Origin: an uncultured virus (IMG/VR IMGVR_UViG_3300022700_000241)
Lineage: Duplodnaviria > Heunggongvirae > Uroviricota > Caudoviricetes
Reading direction: 5' to 3' (one strand)
DNA length: 64,000 nucleotides
Virus record (IMG/VR): IMGVR_UViG_3300022700_000241
The position numbers were made by a program, and so were the translations under genes. The notes beneath the pieces are model-generated. The model worked only from the letters and a program-made list of their open reading frames with translations. It was not told the DNA's origin and ran no database searches. Positions 8,415 to 18,154 of the stretch are shown piece after piece (positions within the stretch are counted from its first letter, which is position 1; each line of letters opens with the position of its first letter).

Positions 8415-11400
8415 ATGCTTCCCGACGAAGGAATTATCCGCTGGCTCGACCGGCAGGCCCGTAGCGGCCCGCTCCTCAACCGATCTGGGGACCTGCATGA
8501 ACCCCCGGAGTTTTTGGGCGGGAGCGCCGGGATCGAGAGCGTCGAGCCTCGTGAGAACCCCATCGAGGTGGAGGGGCCAGCCCTAAGCGACGAGGAGTAC
8601 CGCGATTCGGTGCGCGATCTGACCGCTGACATGCGGGACCGGGTACTCTTCATCACGCAAGGAATGGGCGAGGAGGAGCTTGCCGTCTTTGCCCGCAAGG
8701 TCAAGCAGCTTCGGAGCAAGGCACTATCGGGCGATCTCTTCGGGGGCTTTATCCGGCAGAACCCGCCCCTCCCCGGTGCTCGGACGACGGTAACCCGCGA
8801 TTACTCCGAGATGCGGGACAACCCAGCGGACAAAGAGATTTCCAGGCGGTCGTTTCGGGAGTTGGTGCAGGGGGTATTCGACCACCTCAACGACGAACTC
8901 CAGGCCCGAACCGAGGCCCTCTCGAAACGGGAGCGCGGATACGTCGTCGAGAAGCTCAAGCACGCACGAAGCGCCCTTTCTACGCCTCGGATGAACCCCA
9001 ACGGCGAAAGCGAAGGCGACGAAGAGGAGAAGCCGTGGTGGGTTGATGAGGGGCCGGAGAACCCCGACCGATTTGCCTCTCGCAACAAGGCCGAACAGCG
9101 CGGTGTGCTTCTCGGCTGCGGGGAGGAGTTTCACGAGCACGAGGAGGACGGAGAGACGTTCTACATGCCCTGTGCCACCCACCGGGAGTGGAAGAAGAAA
9201 ACCGGGCGGGACAACCCCTCGAAAAACTACCACGAGGCCAAGATCCGGAGCACCGGGGGCGACAAATACGAGACGTACCGGCGCGAGGACAATCCGGACG
9301 GGTTTGAGCGCGGAATCCAGGTTCTCTATGGCATTCGCCCCGAAGAGGAAGAGGGTCCGCGCGGAGGCCGCTCCGAGATCGTAAGCGTCTTCTACCCTTC
9401 CGACGAGTGGAACGCGGCCAACGCGCGCCGACACGCGGAAGCGACCTTCGAGAGCTTCGACAGCTTCGGCGAAGCGACCGGCTCTCGGGAGAACCCCGAG
9501 GCCGAATCTCGCACCGTGGAGCTTCGCGTTGAATATGACCTTGAGGCCGGAAACCGGAGCCACAAAGAGGTCATGAACTGGCTCCGGGAGGCGGTCGGTC
9601 GTCTCGGCGGTGAAATCGTCTGGACCGAGAGCTACGGACCGGCAGGCGCACCTGTATCCATCGAGGTTGGAATTGAAGTGTTTGGCGTGCAGGAGGCGGC
9701 GACCCTACAGCACCGATTCGAGGAGCACATGCGCTCGGAGCTTCCCGGCGTCGCCTCCATCCATACCACCGATGTAGGTGTGGCAGAAAATGTGTCGTCC
9801 GACGCCGATACGGTCGTGACCGTTGACGTGCAATACTCGGCGAGCGAACTCCCCCAGGTCGACCCCGGGGACGCCCCGGAGGACGACCGGTTCTACCACG
9901 ACGCAAAGTCGATGGTCAAAGACACGCTCGGGGGCTGGACGATGGGGGCGAGCGAGCTTGCGACTCCTCGGACGATCCGGTTCGGCTTCCCAACGGCCCA
10001 CGAGGCCATTCGAGCGGAAGCGATTCTCAAAGACGCAACCGACCACTACGAAACGGCCCGCGTCTACCTCTCCTCGATCACCGACGAGACGACCGAAGAG
10101 GAGCCGCTTCGCCTTAACCCGCAGACCTCCCACGCCGGAGGGGATTCCCGGCTGGTCCGCGTCACCGAGCAGAGCGGTGACCTCGGGCAGTTTGAGTCCT
10201 CTCCCCGCGTGCGCGGCATGATCGAGCGCACAGCCGATGCGGCGGGCGGGGAAGTCGTCGGCGTGTCCGAGGCCCCGGGAGGGACCGTGCGCGACGTGTA
10301 CGTTGAGTTCGACAGCCCCACCGGGGCGGAGATGTTCACCAACGAATTGAACACGACGTTCTTCACCCGCGGGCTTTCCGACCGCGCTTTGGCGGTCCAG
10401 GAGTCCCCCTCTCGGCTCGCTGCACGCGAGAACCCAACCAGCGGCGACGGTGCGGTGGCCCGGGTTGGCGTAATCGGTAGCGGTGAGGACATGCCCGACA
10501 TTCTCTCGATGGTCGAGGAGGCCGCCGAGGCGGAAGACGGAGAGATCACCGGCGTGCGGCAGTCCGAAAGTGGCGGCGCAAAGGATTACCTTGTTACCGC
10601 GCCGACGACCGATAAAGCGCGCGCAATCATCAACGACCTCAACAACCGGTTCTCTACGCAGGGAATCGGCGAGGCCGCGACCGCGACGCTCCAGCACGAG
10701 GCCCGTGAGAATCCCCCTGCGGAAATGCGTGTGGGGATTAACATGAACCGAATCGACGAAGATGCTCCCGACGTGCTTTCGATGGTCGAGGAAGCCGCCG
10801 AGGAAAACGGAGGCGAGATTTCTGGCGTTCGCCAGTCGGACGACGGGTCCACGAAAGACTACACGGTGACGGCCCCTACGACAGCGAAGGCTCGGTCGAT
10901 CATCGAAGACTTGAGTAGCGAGTTCACGACGCAAGGAATGGCGTCGGCCACGACCGTCACCCTACAGCACGAGGCCCGGGAGAATCCGCCCGGTCATACA
11001 GTTCGCATTGAGGTCCCGCAGTCGCCGAACGTCTATCCAGAGGGCGTGTCTGCGTCGGATTTGCGCGATAAGATCCTGGACACTGCCGGAGGCATGGGCG
11101 GCTCTGTGCGGCGCTCCTCCGAGGAGGTGATTGAGGTCACCTTCGACAACACCGAAAACGCAATCTCCCTCCAGGAGGCGGTCATCGACGACGCAAACGA
11201 CATGGGCGTCTCCAATGTCTTCGTGGTGCGGAAAAACGCGACCGCGCGCCCGAATCCGGCCTCTACGGTTCTGGTTCGCTATCCCAGCGGCCAGTCGGGA
11301 CTCGACGACACGGTACGAAGCGCCGCCGAGGGCGCGGGTGGACACGTCCGCTCCGTCGGTTCGGCGACGGGCTCGAAGTACAGCGGAATGAAAGAGGCGG

Positions 11401-12149
11401 AGATTCGCTTCAACTCCGAGAGCGAATCGTTCAGCGGCGTTGGTCAGATTGAGTCGTCCCTTCGCTCGGAAGGAGTCGGCGAGTTCGAGGCCCGAACGCT
11501 CGCGGACGAGGACGTGCCGCCGGTTCGCCCGAACCCCATTTTCCCCGGTGAGGGCGAAAGTCTCCTGTCCCTCTCCAGTGAAGAGCCGGAAGGCAGCGAC
11601 GAAAGCGCCCTCGGGCTCCAGGACGAGCCGGAGGGGACTGGCGAATCGGCCTTGAGCATGAAATCGCGTGAGGCCCCTGCCGAGGTCGTATCCACGGCGT
11701 ACCGGCTGGGCAAAGAGGAGGGCGAGGAAGACGGCCTGCCCAACTACAACGACGAGGATGAGGCCTTTCGTCACGCCGTACAGACACTCCCCGGAACCGA
11801 CGCGCTGGAGGGGATCGATACGTCGACGCCCGACGGGCTTCTGGCCTTGGAGGAGGCAGCGTCCGCCTGGGTAAACGGGTACGCCGAGTCGACGGGAAGC
11901 AATTGGCCGCGGCTCAACCCACACGCCGGAGAGGAGAGCGAGCCCGACCCGGACACGGATGCCACTGGCATGGCAGCGCCCTCACACGCACCCGCTCGTG
12001 AGAACCCCGAGGGAAAGAAAGGCGGGCGCGAGGCGTTGTCATACCTCGCAATGACCGCCGCACTTCTCGGCGGCGGCGTCTACCTCGCCGATAGCGTCCT
12101 TACCGAACGCGCCGATAGCGCCCCCGCAACTGCAATCGTCAACGAGTAA
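8415..12149 (+). CDS. 1244-aa modular protein with 14 RxNP motifs, ACT/ferredoxin-like repeats and C-terminal TM anchor
   Basis: 14 RxNP motifs. A Cys/His module GCGEEFHEH..YMPCATH. About 7 related beta-alpha-beta-beta-alpha-beta-like units. TM segment LSYLAMTAALLGGGVYLA. Confidence 0.85.
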   Translation: MLPDEGIIRWLDRQARSGPLLNRSGDLHEPPEFLGGSAGIESVEPRENPIEVEGPALSDEEYRDSVRDLTADMRDRVLFITQGMGEEELAVFARKVKQLRSKALSGDLFGGFIRQNPPLPGARTTVTRDYSEMRDNPADKEISRRSFRELVQGVFDHLNDELQARTEALSKRERGYVVEKLKHARSALSTPRMNPNGESEGDEEEKPWWVDEGPENPDRFASRNKAEQRGVLLGCGEEFHEHEEDGETFYMPCATHREWKKKTGRDNPSKNYHEAKIRSTGGDKYETYRREDNPDGFERGIQVLYGIRPEEEEGPRGGRSEIVSVFYPSDEWNAANARRHAEATFESFDSFGEATGSRENPEAESRTVELRVEYDLEAGNRSHKEVMNWLREAVGRLGGEIVWTESYGPAGAPVSIEVGIEVFGVQEAATLQHRFEEHMRSELPGVASIHTTDVGVAENVSSDADTVVTVDVQYSASELPQVDPGDAPEDDRFYHDAKSMVKDTLGGWTMGASELATPRTIRFGFPTAHEAIRAEAILKDATDHYETARVYLSSITDETTEEEPLRLNPQTSHAGGDSRLVRVTEQSGDLGQFESSPRVRGMIERTADAAGGEVVGVSEAPGGTVRDVYVEFDSPTGAEMFTNELNTTFFTRGLSDRALAVQESPSRLAARENPTSGDGAVARVGVIGSGEDMPDILSMVEEAAEAEDGEITGVRQSESGGAKDYLVTAPTTDKARAIINDLNNRFSTQGIGEAATATLQHEARENPPAEMRVGINMNRIDEDAPDVLSMVEEAAEENGGEISGVRQSDDGSTKDYTVTAPTTAKARSIIEDLSSEFTTQGMASATTVTLQHEARENPPGHTVRIEVPQSPNVYPEGVSASDLRDKILDTAGGMGGSVRRSSEEVIEVTFDNTENAISLQEAVIDDANDMGVSNVFVVRKNATARPNPASTVLVRYPSGQSGLDDTVRSAAEGAGGHVRSVGSATGSKYSGMKEAEIRFNSESESFSGVGQIESSLRSEGVGEFEARTLADEDVPPVRPNPIFPGEGESLLSLSSEEPEGSDESALGLQDEPEGTGESALSMKSREAPAEVVSTAYRLGKEEGEEDGLPNYNDEDEAFRHAVQTLPGTDALEGIDTSTPDGLLALEEAASAWVNGYAESTGSNWPRLNPHAGEESEPDPDTDATGMAAPSHAPARENPEGKKGGREALSYLAMTAALLGGGVYLADSVLTERADSAPATAIVNE
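10425..10988 (+). repeat. Tandem duplication of a ~92-aa RxNP-bounded module
   Basis: Units 10425-10703 and 10704-10976 share PD(I/V)LSMVEEAAE..GEI(T/S)GVRQS..G..KDY.VTAPTT.KAR.II.DL...F.TQG...TLQHEARENPP. Confidence 0.9.
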
Positions 12150-12158
12150 CTCAACCCC

Positions 12159-13082
12159 ATGACCCCGACCGCCCCGCTTTCCAAAACTGGTACGTCCAAC
12201 GGGCTCGGCCAATCCCGACAGTCCGGGCTTGGCTTCACCGACAACATCGAGGCCGCCTTCGAGCAGTCAACCAACGGCAAGGTGCGGGCGAAGATTGTCC
12301 CGAACCGAATCATCGACGTGCCCTTCTACGCGGAGGTGACCGTGCCGACGTACGGCGGAACCAACATCGACAACAAGCAGACTTTCCTGGAGGCGGACCT
12401 CACGAGGACGGCCCTGGAGATGCTTATGGAGGACACCGGCCTCAAAGAGATCGAGGTGCTCGGCCCCGCGCAGACGAATGGGCCACCGACGGACGGAGGG
12501 AACGGCGAGCAGAAACAGGCGGGATTCTTCGAGCAGAACTGGCCGTGGGTTCTCGGTGGAGGTGCCGTGGTTTTGGTCGGCGCGCAGCTACTTGCGCGTA
12601 GCGGTCGACGGCAGATGGCCCAAAAGGCAGAGCAGGTGCAGGGCAGCCGCGCCAACCCAGACGGACCGGTCGATGAGGCTGTTGAGACGCTCCAGGAAGG
12701 CATCGAGGAAGCGTCCGCCGAGACGGCAGAGGCGGTCGAAACTGGTGAGGAGACCATCGAGGACCTGGAGGAGGAGACCGAAGAGGCCCTCCCGGAGTCG
12801 CTTGAGGATCGGGGCAATCCCTCCGACTCGAACAATTCGGCGGACTACTGGATTGCCCGAGCGACGGTAGACCAAGATGAGATGGATCGGGGGAACGTCC
12901 ACCGCACGTCGATGGCCGCCAACATCGCGTCCCTCGATATGGAGGATCAGCGTCGCATCGCGTCGAACCTTGCGGTCGCCCCGGGCGGTAAGGTAACCGT
13001 ATGGAAGAACACCGCCGACGGACTCAAGCAGAAGAAGACCTTCACCTGGAACCCTGACAGCGGGTTCTCTCCGACAAGCTAA
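12159..13082 (+). CDS. Membrane protein (GLG leader, central TM helix, two RxNP motifs)
   Basis: NGLGQSRQSGLGF leader; QAGFF..WPWVLGGGAVVLVGAQLL TM segment; RANP and RGNP motifs. Confidence 0.8.
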   Translation: MTPTAPLSKTGTSNGLGQSRQSGLGFTDNIEAAFEQSTNGKVRAKIVPNRIIDVPFYAEVTVPTYGGTNIDNKQTFLEADLTRTALEMLMEDTGLKEIEVLGPAQTNGPPTDGGNGEQKQAGFFEQNWPWVLGGGAVVLVGAQLLARSGRRQMAQKAEQVQGSRANPDGPVDEAVETLQEGIEEASAETAEAVETGEETIEDLEEETEEALPESLEDRGNPSDSNNSADYWIARATVDQDEMDRGNVHRTSMAANIASLDMEDQRRIASNLAVAPGGKVTVWKNTADGLKQKKTFTWNPDSGFSPTS

Positions 13083-13112
13083 CGATCCTATCACTTTCCG
13101 CTCCCGGCGCCT

Positions 13113-13814
13113 ATGCCTGTTCAATCTCCACTCCTCAAGTCGACAAAGGGGCTCTCCCAGTCCAATGGGGTCAAGTACGGCGACGTTGACGGAAGTGGCA
13201 CCGTGACCGCCACTGACGCGCTTATGGCCCAGAAGGCGTTTCTTGGTCAAATCGAACTCACCGACCGACAGAAGCGGGCCGCCGACGTAAACGGTGACGG
13301 CATGGTCAATGCCACCGACGCACTTCTCATCGAGAAGTACGCGCTCGGGGAGATCGACAAATTTCCCGTCGAGAAAGAGGAACGGGAACCCCAGAAAATC
13401 CGGAACCTACGCGCCGACATCGCCACGCTCCAGACAAACATCGCCAAGCTGCGCCCCTTCGACGAGCTTCCCCCGTGGAGGCGAAAGCGTCTCGTGAAGG
13501 CGACCAACCTCGCCGACGAAGCCAATATCCTCGTAGAGGATGAGGATCAGTTCTCCGAGGCGCAGATGAAGTACGACGAGGCGCTTCGGATCTTCAAGGA
13601 CGACGCGCCCCCGGAATCCGGCACTGGCAACGGAGGGTCCTCCACCGGAGGCTCTTCAAACGGTGACCCCTCAAACGAGGGCGGATCTGGAGGGGACGGC
13701 TCCGGCGGAGCCAGCGGAGGCTCCGACCAGATGATTTCCGGCGTCGACGACACAACGCTCGTCCTCGGCGCGGGCGTGGCCGCGACCGGCCTTATCGCTC
13801 TTGCTGCCTCTTAA
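13113..13814 (+). CDS. Dockerin type I domain protein with C-terminal TM anchor
   Basis: Duplicated Ca-binding loops YGDVDGSGTVTATDALM and AADVNGDGMVNATDALLI..YALG.I..FP; Gly/Ser linker; C-terminal TM segment. Confidence 0.85.
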   Translation: MPVQSPLLKSTKGLSQSNGVKYGDVDGSGTVTATDALMAQKAFLGQIELTDRQKRAADVNGDGMVNATDALLIEKYALGEIDKFPVEKEEREPQKIRNLRADIATLQTNIAKLRPFDELPPWRRKRLVKATNLADEANILVEDEDQFSEAQMKYDEALRIFKDDAPPESGTGNGGSSTGGSSNGDPSNEGGSGGDGSGGASGGSDQMISGVDDTTLVLGAGVAATGLIALAAS

Positions 13815-13826
13815 CACCTCTGCCCT

Positions 13827-14525
13827 ATGCGACGATCTACGCACTTGATGGAGGGGTCCGGCGGCCAGGGTGGACTTGCCGCGGCGGGAATCGTGTATGA
13901 GCTTTCGATCCCCCATACGGTCGGGTCCTCCAGCCGAGCAAAAGTCCTCGACACGCTCTCCAGCATGGATCGGGTCGAGGTGCTCCAGAAGCAGTATGGA
14001 TCCGGCTCGCCCCCTTCGATCTTGATCCGGTCCGACCAAAGCAAGGACCGGGGCCTCATGCAAACCATTGCCCGGGCCGGACGACTCGATGTCGACGGAT
14101 TCTTGCTCCAGCCTGCGAGCTACGACCCGCCCCCGAACGGCGACGTTCCGCCCCCTCCGGAACCGAAGCCTCCCTACTACAAGATTGCGCCCGCCCAGCG
14201 GGTCACGATTGGAGAGCTTGAGGAGTCGATTGCACGAGAGTTCTCGCCCAACGTGATCGAAAAGGTCGGGGGCGGCGCCGTGTACGTGCGAAGCTCCGTG
14301 GTTTCATCGGTGAGAGAGATCAACGTGCTCCCCTTCGTTCAAAGCGCCACCGGAACGCGAAACCTCCCCACCGAGATGAACGGGGGAGGCGGAAACGGCG
14401 GTGGCGGCAACGGTGGAAGCGGCGGCAGAAGTGGCCGGATCTTTGCGGGCGTATCGAACACGACCTTGGCCGTGGGCGGTGGGGTGGCCGCCGCGGGGAT
14501 TCTTGCGCTGGTTGCCTCCAGCTAA
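13827..14525 (+). CDS. Membrane-anchored protein (MRRSTHLM leader)
   Basis: Shared leader; Gly-rich linker; C-terminal IFAGVSNTTLAVGGGVAAAGILALV. Confidence 0.8.
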   Translation: MRRSTHLMEGSGGQGGLAAAGIVYELSIPHTVGSSSRAKVLDTLSSMDRVEVLQKQYGSGSPPSILIRSDQSKDRGLMQTIARAGRLDVDGFLLQPASYDPPPNGDVPPPPEPKPPYYKIAPAQRVTIGELEESIAREFSPNVIEKVGGGAVYVRSSVVSSVREINVLPFVQSATGTRNLPTEMNGGGGNGGGGNGGSGGRSGRIFAGVSNTTLAVGGGVAAAGILALVASS

Positions 14526-14566
14526 CCTCCAGTCGCTTTCTTCTTGCAGCTTTTCAACACAGTCCT

Positions 14567-15142
14567 ATGCGACGTTCTACCCATCTCATGAAGTCCGGCC
14601 CCTCTGGGCTCGGTCAGAGCACCCGAACCGTCAAGGTTGGCACGTTCGGATCTCGGTCAATCCCCTCCGGAGAGAAGCGAGACTACACCTTTACCGTCGA
14701 GGAGGGCGGGTCGATTGAACCCGGGCCGGAGTTCAACCCGAACCACGACTCGATCAATGGCCGAACGGCCAGCGGTCGGATCTATGGCCCCGGCGGGTAC
14801 GACGGCTACCGCGTCACCGGTCAAATCATCGATGCGAGTCTCCCCAGTGAACTGACGTTCCAGGAGGCCGACGTGGAAACGGGTTCTGGCGGCGGAAATG
14901 GCTCCGGCGGCGGTGGCGGCTCGCAGAACGGATCCCAAAATGGATCCCAGAACGGGTCCGGCGGCAACGGCTCGGGAGGGGGCGGAGGAGACTTCACCTC
15001 CGGCGGTGGCGAAACCGTAGGCGCGGGCCAGACGCAGCAGGCCGGAATGTCCACGACGACCCTTCTGGTTGGCGGGGGCATCCTCGCCGCTGCGGGCGTG
15101 GCGGCCTTTGCGATGGGCGGGTCCAACAACCAGTCCAATTGA
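14567..15142 (+). CDS. Membrane-anchored beta-rich protein (MRRSTHLM leader, GSQN repeats)
   Basis: Leader plus GLGQ; beta-rich domain DYTFTVEEGGSI..TASGRIYGPGGYDGYRVTGQI; (GSQN)3 linker; QQAGM followed by a TM segment. Confidence 0.8.
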   Translation: MRRSTHLMKSGPSGLGQSTRTVKVGTFGSRSIPSGEKRDYTFTVEEGGSIEPGPEFNPNHDSINGRTASGRIYGPGGYDGYRVTGQIIDASLPSELTFQEADVETGSGGGNGSGGGGGSQNGSQNGSQNGSGGNGSGGGGGDFTSGGGETVGAGQTQQAGMSTTTLLVGGGILAAAGVAAFAMGGSNNQSN

Positions 15143-15155
15143 CCGCACCGAACCG

Positions 15156-15359
15156 ATGCGACAGCGACCCCGCCTTACCGGCCCTCGCTCTCGTGGGCTT
15201 TCCGACACGACCAGCACGGAGGGATCCCAGCCGGACCAGTCCGTTGGACCGGTTCCTTCCGGCGATGTGGGGAGTGAGGTCCTTTTTGGGATTGGCGTGG
15301 CCCTGACCGGTCTCGCGGCCCTTTCTCTTCTGGGCAACGGTCGCTCCGGTCACCAGTAA
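15156..15359 (+). CDS. Small membrane protein
   Basis: MRQRPRLTGPRSR-GLS leader; TM segment VLFGIGVALTGLAALSLL. Start moved to ATG 15156. Confidence 0.7.
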   Translation: MRQRPRLTGPRSRGLSDTTSTEGSQPDQSVGPVPSGDVGSEVLFGIGVALTGLAALSLLGNGRSGHQ

Positions 15360-15396
15360 GAGCGCCCCCACAAGAAACCGAACGTACCGACACACC

Positions 15397-15630
15397 ATGC
15401 AGCGATCTACGCACTTGATGAAGGCGAGGGGGCTCGGTCGAACCCGCGCGCCCAGAGCCCGACCCGGCTTCTTGAACTCCGGACTTGCGGAGAATGGCGA
15501 CTCGAACCAGTCGGGCCAGCAGACCTCGGCGCTCACAATGACGATTTTCGTTGCGGGCGGCATCGCCTTTGCATGGTGGCTAAGCCAGGAGCCACAGGAG
15601 GTCGTTCCGTCGGCTCCCGGCCCGGCGTAG
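15397..15630 (+). CDS. Small membrane protein (MQRSTHLM leader)
   Basis: Leader nearly identical at DNA level to the one at 13827; TM segment MTIFVAGGIAFAWWL. Confidence 0.75.
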   Translation: MQRSTHLMKARGLGRTRAPRARPGFLNSGLAENGDSNQSGQQTSALTMTIFVAGGIAFAWWLSQEPQEVVPSAPGPA

Positions 15631-15660
15631 CACGCTCTTTCACCGACACTGACGGTCACA

Positions 15661-15909
15661 ATGCGACACTCTCGCACCTCGAACGCTCGCGGCCTTAGCA
15701 AGCCGGTCGTCTACGGCAGCGCCCGATACCGCCGCAATGCCGGGCTTGCCCAATCAAACGGATCCTCCGGGTCCGGCGAACAGATCATTAGCGGCGTCTC
15801 GAACACGACCCTCTACATCGGCGGGGGTGCCGTGGTCGGAGGGCTCCTGCTTTGGACGCTTTTCTCCGGCGGCTCCAGCGGCAAGGCGGATCTTCCAACC
15901 CGCGCGTAA
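15661..15909 (+). CDS. Small membrane protein
   Basis: Basic leader with GLS and GLAQSNG; C-terminal IISGVSNTTLYIGGGAVVGGLLLWTLF. Confidence 0.75.
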   Translation: MRHSRTSNARGLSKPVVYGSARYRRNAGLAQSNGSSGSGEQIISGVSNTTLYIGGGAVVGGLLLWTLFSGGSSGKADLPTRA

Positions 15910-15915
15910 CCCACT

Positions 15916-16131
15916 ATGAACAGCTTCGATGACGTTCGATCCAAGGGAGACCTCGCCCGAGAAGTCGGGGAGGGCCTCGCCGATGAGGTCGAGCGCAAAG
16001 CCACCGAGATCGATACGCGCGAGCTTGCCGAGACGAGCGTGTACCTCTTTAGCGCTACCGCCGTCGGCATTGTGGTGGTGGGCGGGGCGTTTCGCGTTTA
16101 CGACTGGGCAACTCAAAACACACGCAGATAA
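15916..16131 (+). CDS. Small membrane protein
   Basis: Acidic N-terminus, TM segment VYLFSATAVGIVVVGGAF; tight packing with neighbours. Confidence 0.7.
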   Translation: MNSFDDVRSKGDLAREVGEGLADEVERKATEIDTRELAETSVYLFSATAVGIVVVGGAFRVYDWATQNTRR

Positions 16132-16133
16132 TC

Positions 16134-16925
16134 ATGCCAGGAACTATGGGAAACTCTGCGCCGGGCTCCAGAACCAACCCCGCAGAGAAAACGACCCCTT
16201 CGTCCAACGGCTCCGATAACGGGTCCGTCTCGTCTTCGTCCCCCACTGTACCGAAAGCCGGAATGGGACAGCCGGAAGAAGAGAAGGAAAGCGGACCGGC
16301 GCCCAGCGTCATCCGTCGGGCGCAGCTACCGGCCCCCTCCGAGATCGACGACGAGGAGGTTTACATGGCCACCTTCCGCAGCGGGAATACCGTTCCACTG
16401 ACGGGTCGAGAACTAAAAGAGACGCTCACGACGGACCGCCCGCCCGGAATGTCCCTCGGTCAAAACGGCACCGATACCTCGACAAACGGATCCGGGGACG
16501 GTGGCTCCGGGGACGAGCGTAAATGGTGGCACGACGTGCTTTTGGGCATCGGTCGGATCGGCGGCATCTTTCTTCGCGACCGCCTTGGCGACGGCCAGGA
16601 GCTTAGCCAGGAGGAGCGAGAGGCGCTCCGCGAGATTGCCCAGCGGCGGCGCGAGGAGCGCCTTCGCCGACAACGGCGCAACCGGTGGCTTATGATCGGA
16701 GGCGTCGTCGTGATCGGAGGGCTCGGGCTCTGGCTCGCGACACGCTCGTCTTCGGCCCCGGCCCCGCCCCCACCGCCGCCCCCTGAACCGGATGAACCCG
16801 AACCGCAGGAGCCGGAAGAGGTGGAGATCACCGATCCCGAACGGGAGAATGCCGAGCAGGAGGGCTCCGCGGAAAGTGAGGGCGACGGACCTCAAGCACA
16901 AGGCACCACCACGGACAACGAGTAA
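16134..16925 (+). CDS. Membrane protein with Arg-rich juxtamembrane segment and poly-Pro tail
   Basis: RTNP, GMGQ and SLGQNG motifs; RRREERLRRQRRNR followed by TM segment WLMIGGVVVIGGLGLWL. Confidence 0.75.
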   Translation: MPGTMGNSAPGSRTNPAEKTTPSSNGSDNGSVSSSSPTVPKAGMGQPEEEKESGPAPSVIRRAQLPAPSEIDDEEVYMATFRSGNTVPLTGRELKETLTTDRPPGMSLGQNGTDTSTNGSGDGGSGDERKWWHDVLLGIGRIGGIFLRDRLGDGQELSQEEREALREIAQRRREERLRRQRRNRWLMIGGVVVIGGLGLWLATRSSSAPAPPPPPPPEPDEPEPQEPEEVEITDPERENAEQEGSAESEGDGPQAQGTTTDNE

Positions 16926-16933
16926 CCGATCCG

Positions 16934-17590
16934 ATGAGCAATCGTCCCACGCGACTTACATCTAACGGGCCGGTCGGCGGCCCCTCGAAAGAGAGCCTCA
17001 CGGGCATCGGTGCCCGGAGCGTGGGAGAAGACTCCGAAACTGGGATGTCGGAGTCCTCCTCGCAGGCGACCAGCGATAATCTCAACCAGGAGGCGAAGGC
17101 CCTAATCGACCGGGCCGAGGTGCTTATCGAGCGCTTCAAGGACCTGTCCGAGGCCCTCGTCAACCTGCGAGACTACCTCCCCGACAACGTGTCGTCCCGC
17201 GCGAACGAAATGAAAGAGCGGGTCGACCGGATGATTGCGGACCTCAAGGACATCCGAGATGAGATCCGCCAGCAAGGGGCGCTGGACACTTTCCAGGGCG
17301 TCCTCGAAGACTACTCCGAAATCGCCCAGGGCATTGCGGCAAAAGCCGATGCGCTTCGCTCGACCGGTGGGGCCAGCGAAAGCACCCCGAAGATCCCCGA
17401 GGAGGGCGCGCAAGAGGCCACAGGCGGAACAGCTACGGCTCTAATGTTTTTTGGCGGTGCAGCCTTGACCGCTTGGTTTCTTTTTCGCGAGTCGGGCAGT
17501 CAAGGAGATAGCTCCAACGAGGCCGGAAACCAGCAGCAAAGTCCCGGAGATGTGGTCCCCGCAGGAGGGGCCTTGGTCGGGCAGTTTTAA
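16934..17590 (+). CDS. Helical-bundle membrane protein
   Basis: Amphipathic helices; TM segment ALMFFGGAALTAWFLF. Confidence 0.75.
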   Translation: MSNRPTRLTSNGPVGGPSKESLTGIGARSVGEDSETGMSESSSQATSDNLNQEAKALIDRAEVLIERFKDLSEALVNLRDYLPDNVSSRANEMKERVDRMIADLKDIRDEIRQQGALDTFQGVLEDYSEIAQGIAAKADALRSTGGASESTPKIPEEGAQEATGGTATALMFFGGAALTAWFLFRESGSQGDSSNEAGNQQQSPGDVVPAGGALVGQF

Positions 17591-17642
17591 CGCCACGATT
17601 AGCACTCCTCACGAGTCTTTCCACTTACAACCGGCTCTCGCT

Positions 17643-18101
17643 ATGAAGCCTCTTTCCTTCAACCAACTCGCGAAGCTAACCGCTGGCGCGAGCGGTGGCC
17701 TCATCGTCACGAACGCCGCGACCTCCGTGTCGGTCATGGCCACGCAAGGCCCCTCCACGATGTTTGGTCGCGTGATGCGCGTTGGCGTGCCTCTTCTCGC
17801 CACCGGCGGCATCATCTACGGCCTTCCCCGGAACGAGTGGACGCAGGGCGCAGCGGTCGGCGCGGCTCTCGTGTCCGTCTCGCAGATGATGTCGATGGTC
17901 ACCATGATGCTCGGCGGTGGCGGCTCTGGCGGAAACGGAAACGGCCAGTCCGGAATGGGGGCGGCCACGACGACCGCGGCTATGGGCGGCGGCGTTCCGG
18001 CCTCGCAAGCTCTCTCTCGCGGCACCGCCGGAATGGGCATTGACCGCTCCACCGAGCTTCTGGAGGAGGAAAACCGCACCGCCCGCGTCGAGATGGACTA
18101 A
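17643..18101 (+). CDS. Hydrophobic multi-helix membrane protein, paralog of 41114-42016
   Basis: Three hydrophobic segments; C-terminus GVPASQALS..GMGIDRSTELLEE..ARVEMD. Start at ATG 17643. Confidence 0.75.
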   Translation: MKPLSFNQLAKLTAGASGGLIVTNAATSVSVMATQGPSTMFGRVMRVGVPLLATGGIIYGLPRNEWTQGAAVGAALVSVSQMMSMVTMMLGGGGSGGNGNGQSGMGAATTTAAMGGGVPASQALSRGTAGMGIDRSTELLEEENRTARVEMD

Positions 18102-18154
18102 CCCATCTCTCCTCCCTTCCCGCTCTCAAAGACGAGTAAGCCCGCCCCGTAGCT

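Noticed and set aside
14881..15010. GSQN/GGNG tandem repeats and many N-G-S sequons as N-glycosylation sites
   Set aside because: Explained as flexible Gly/Ser/Asn linkers. The host appears bacterial and no glycosylation genes are in the window.
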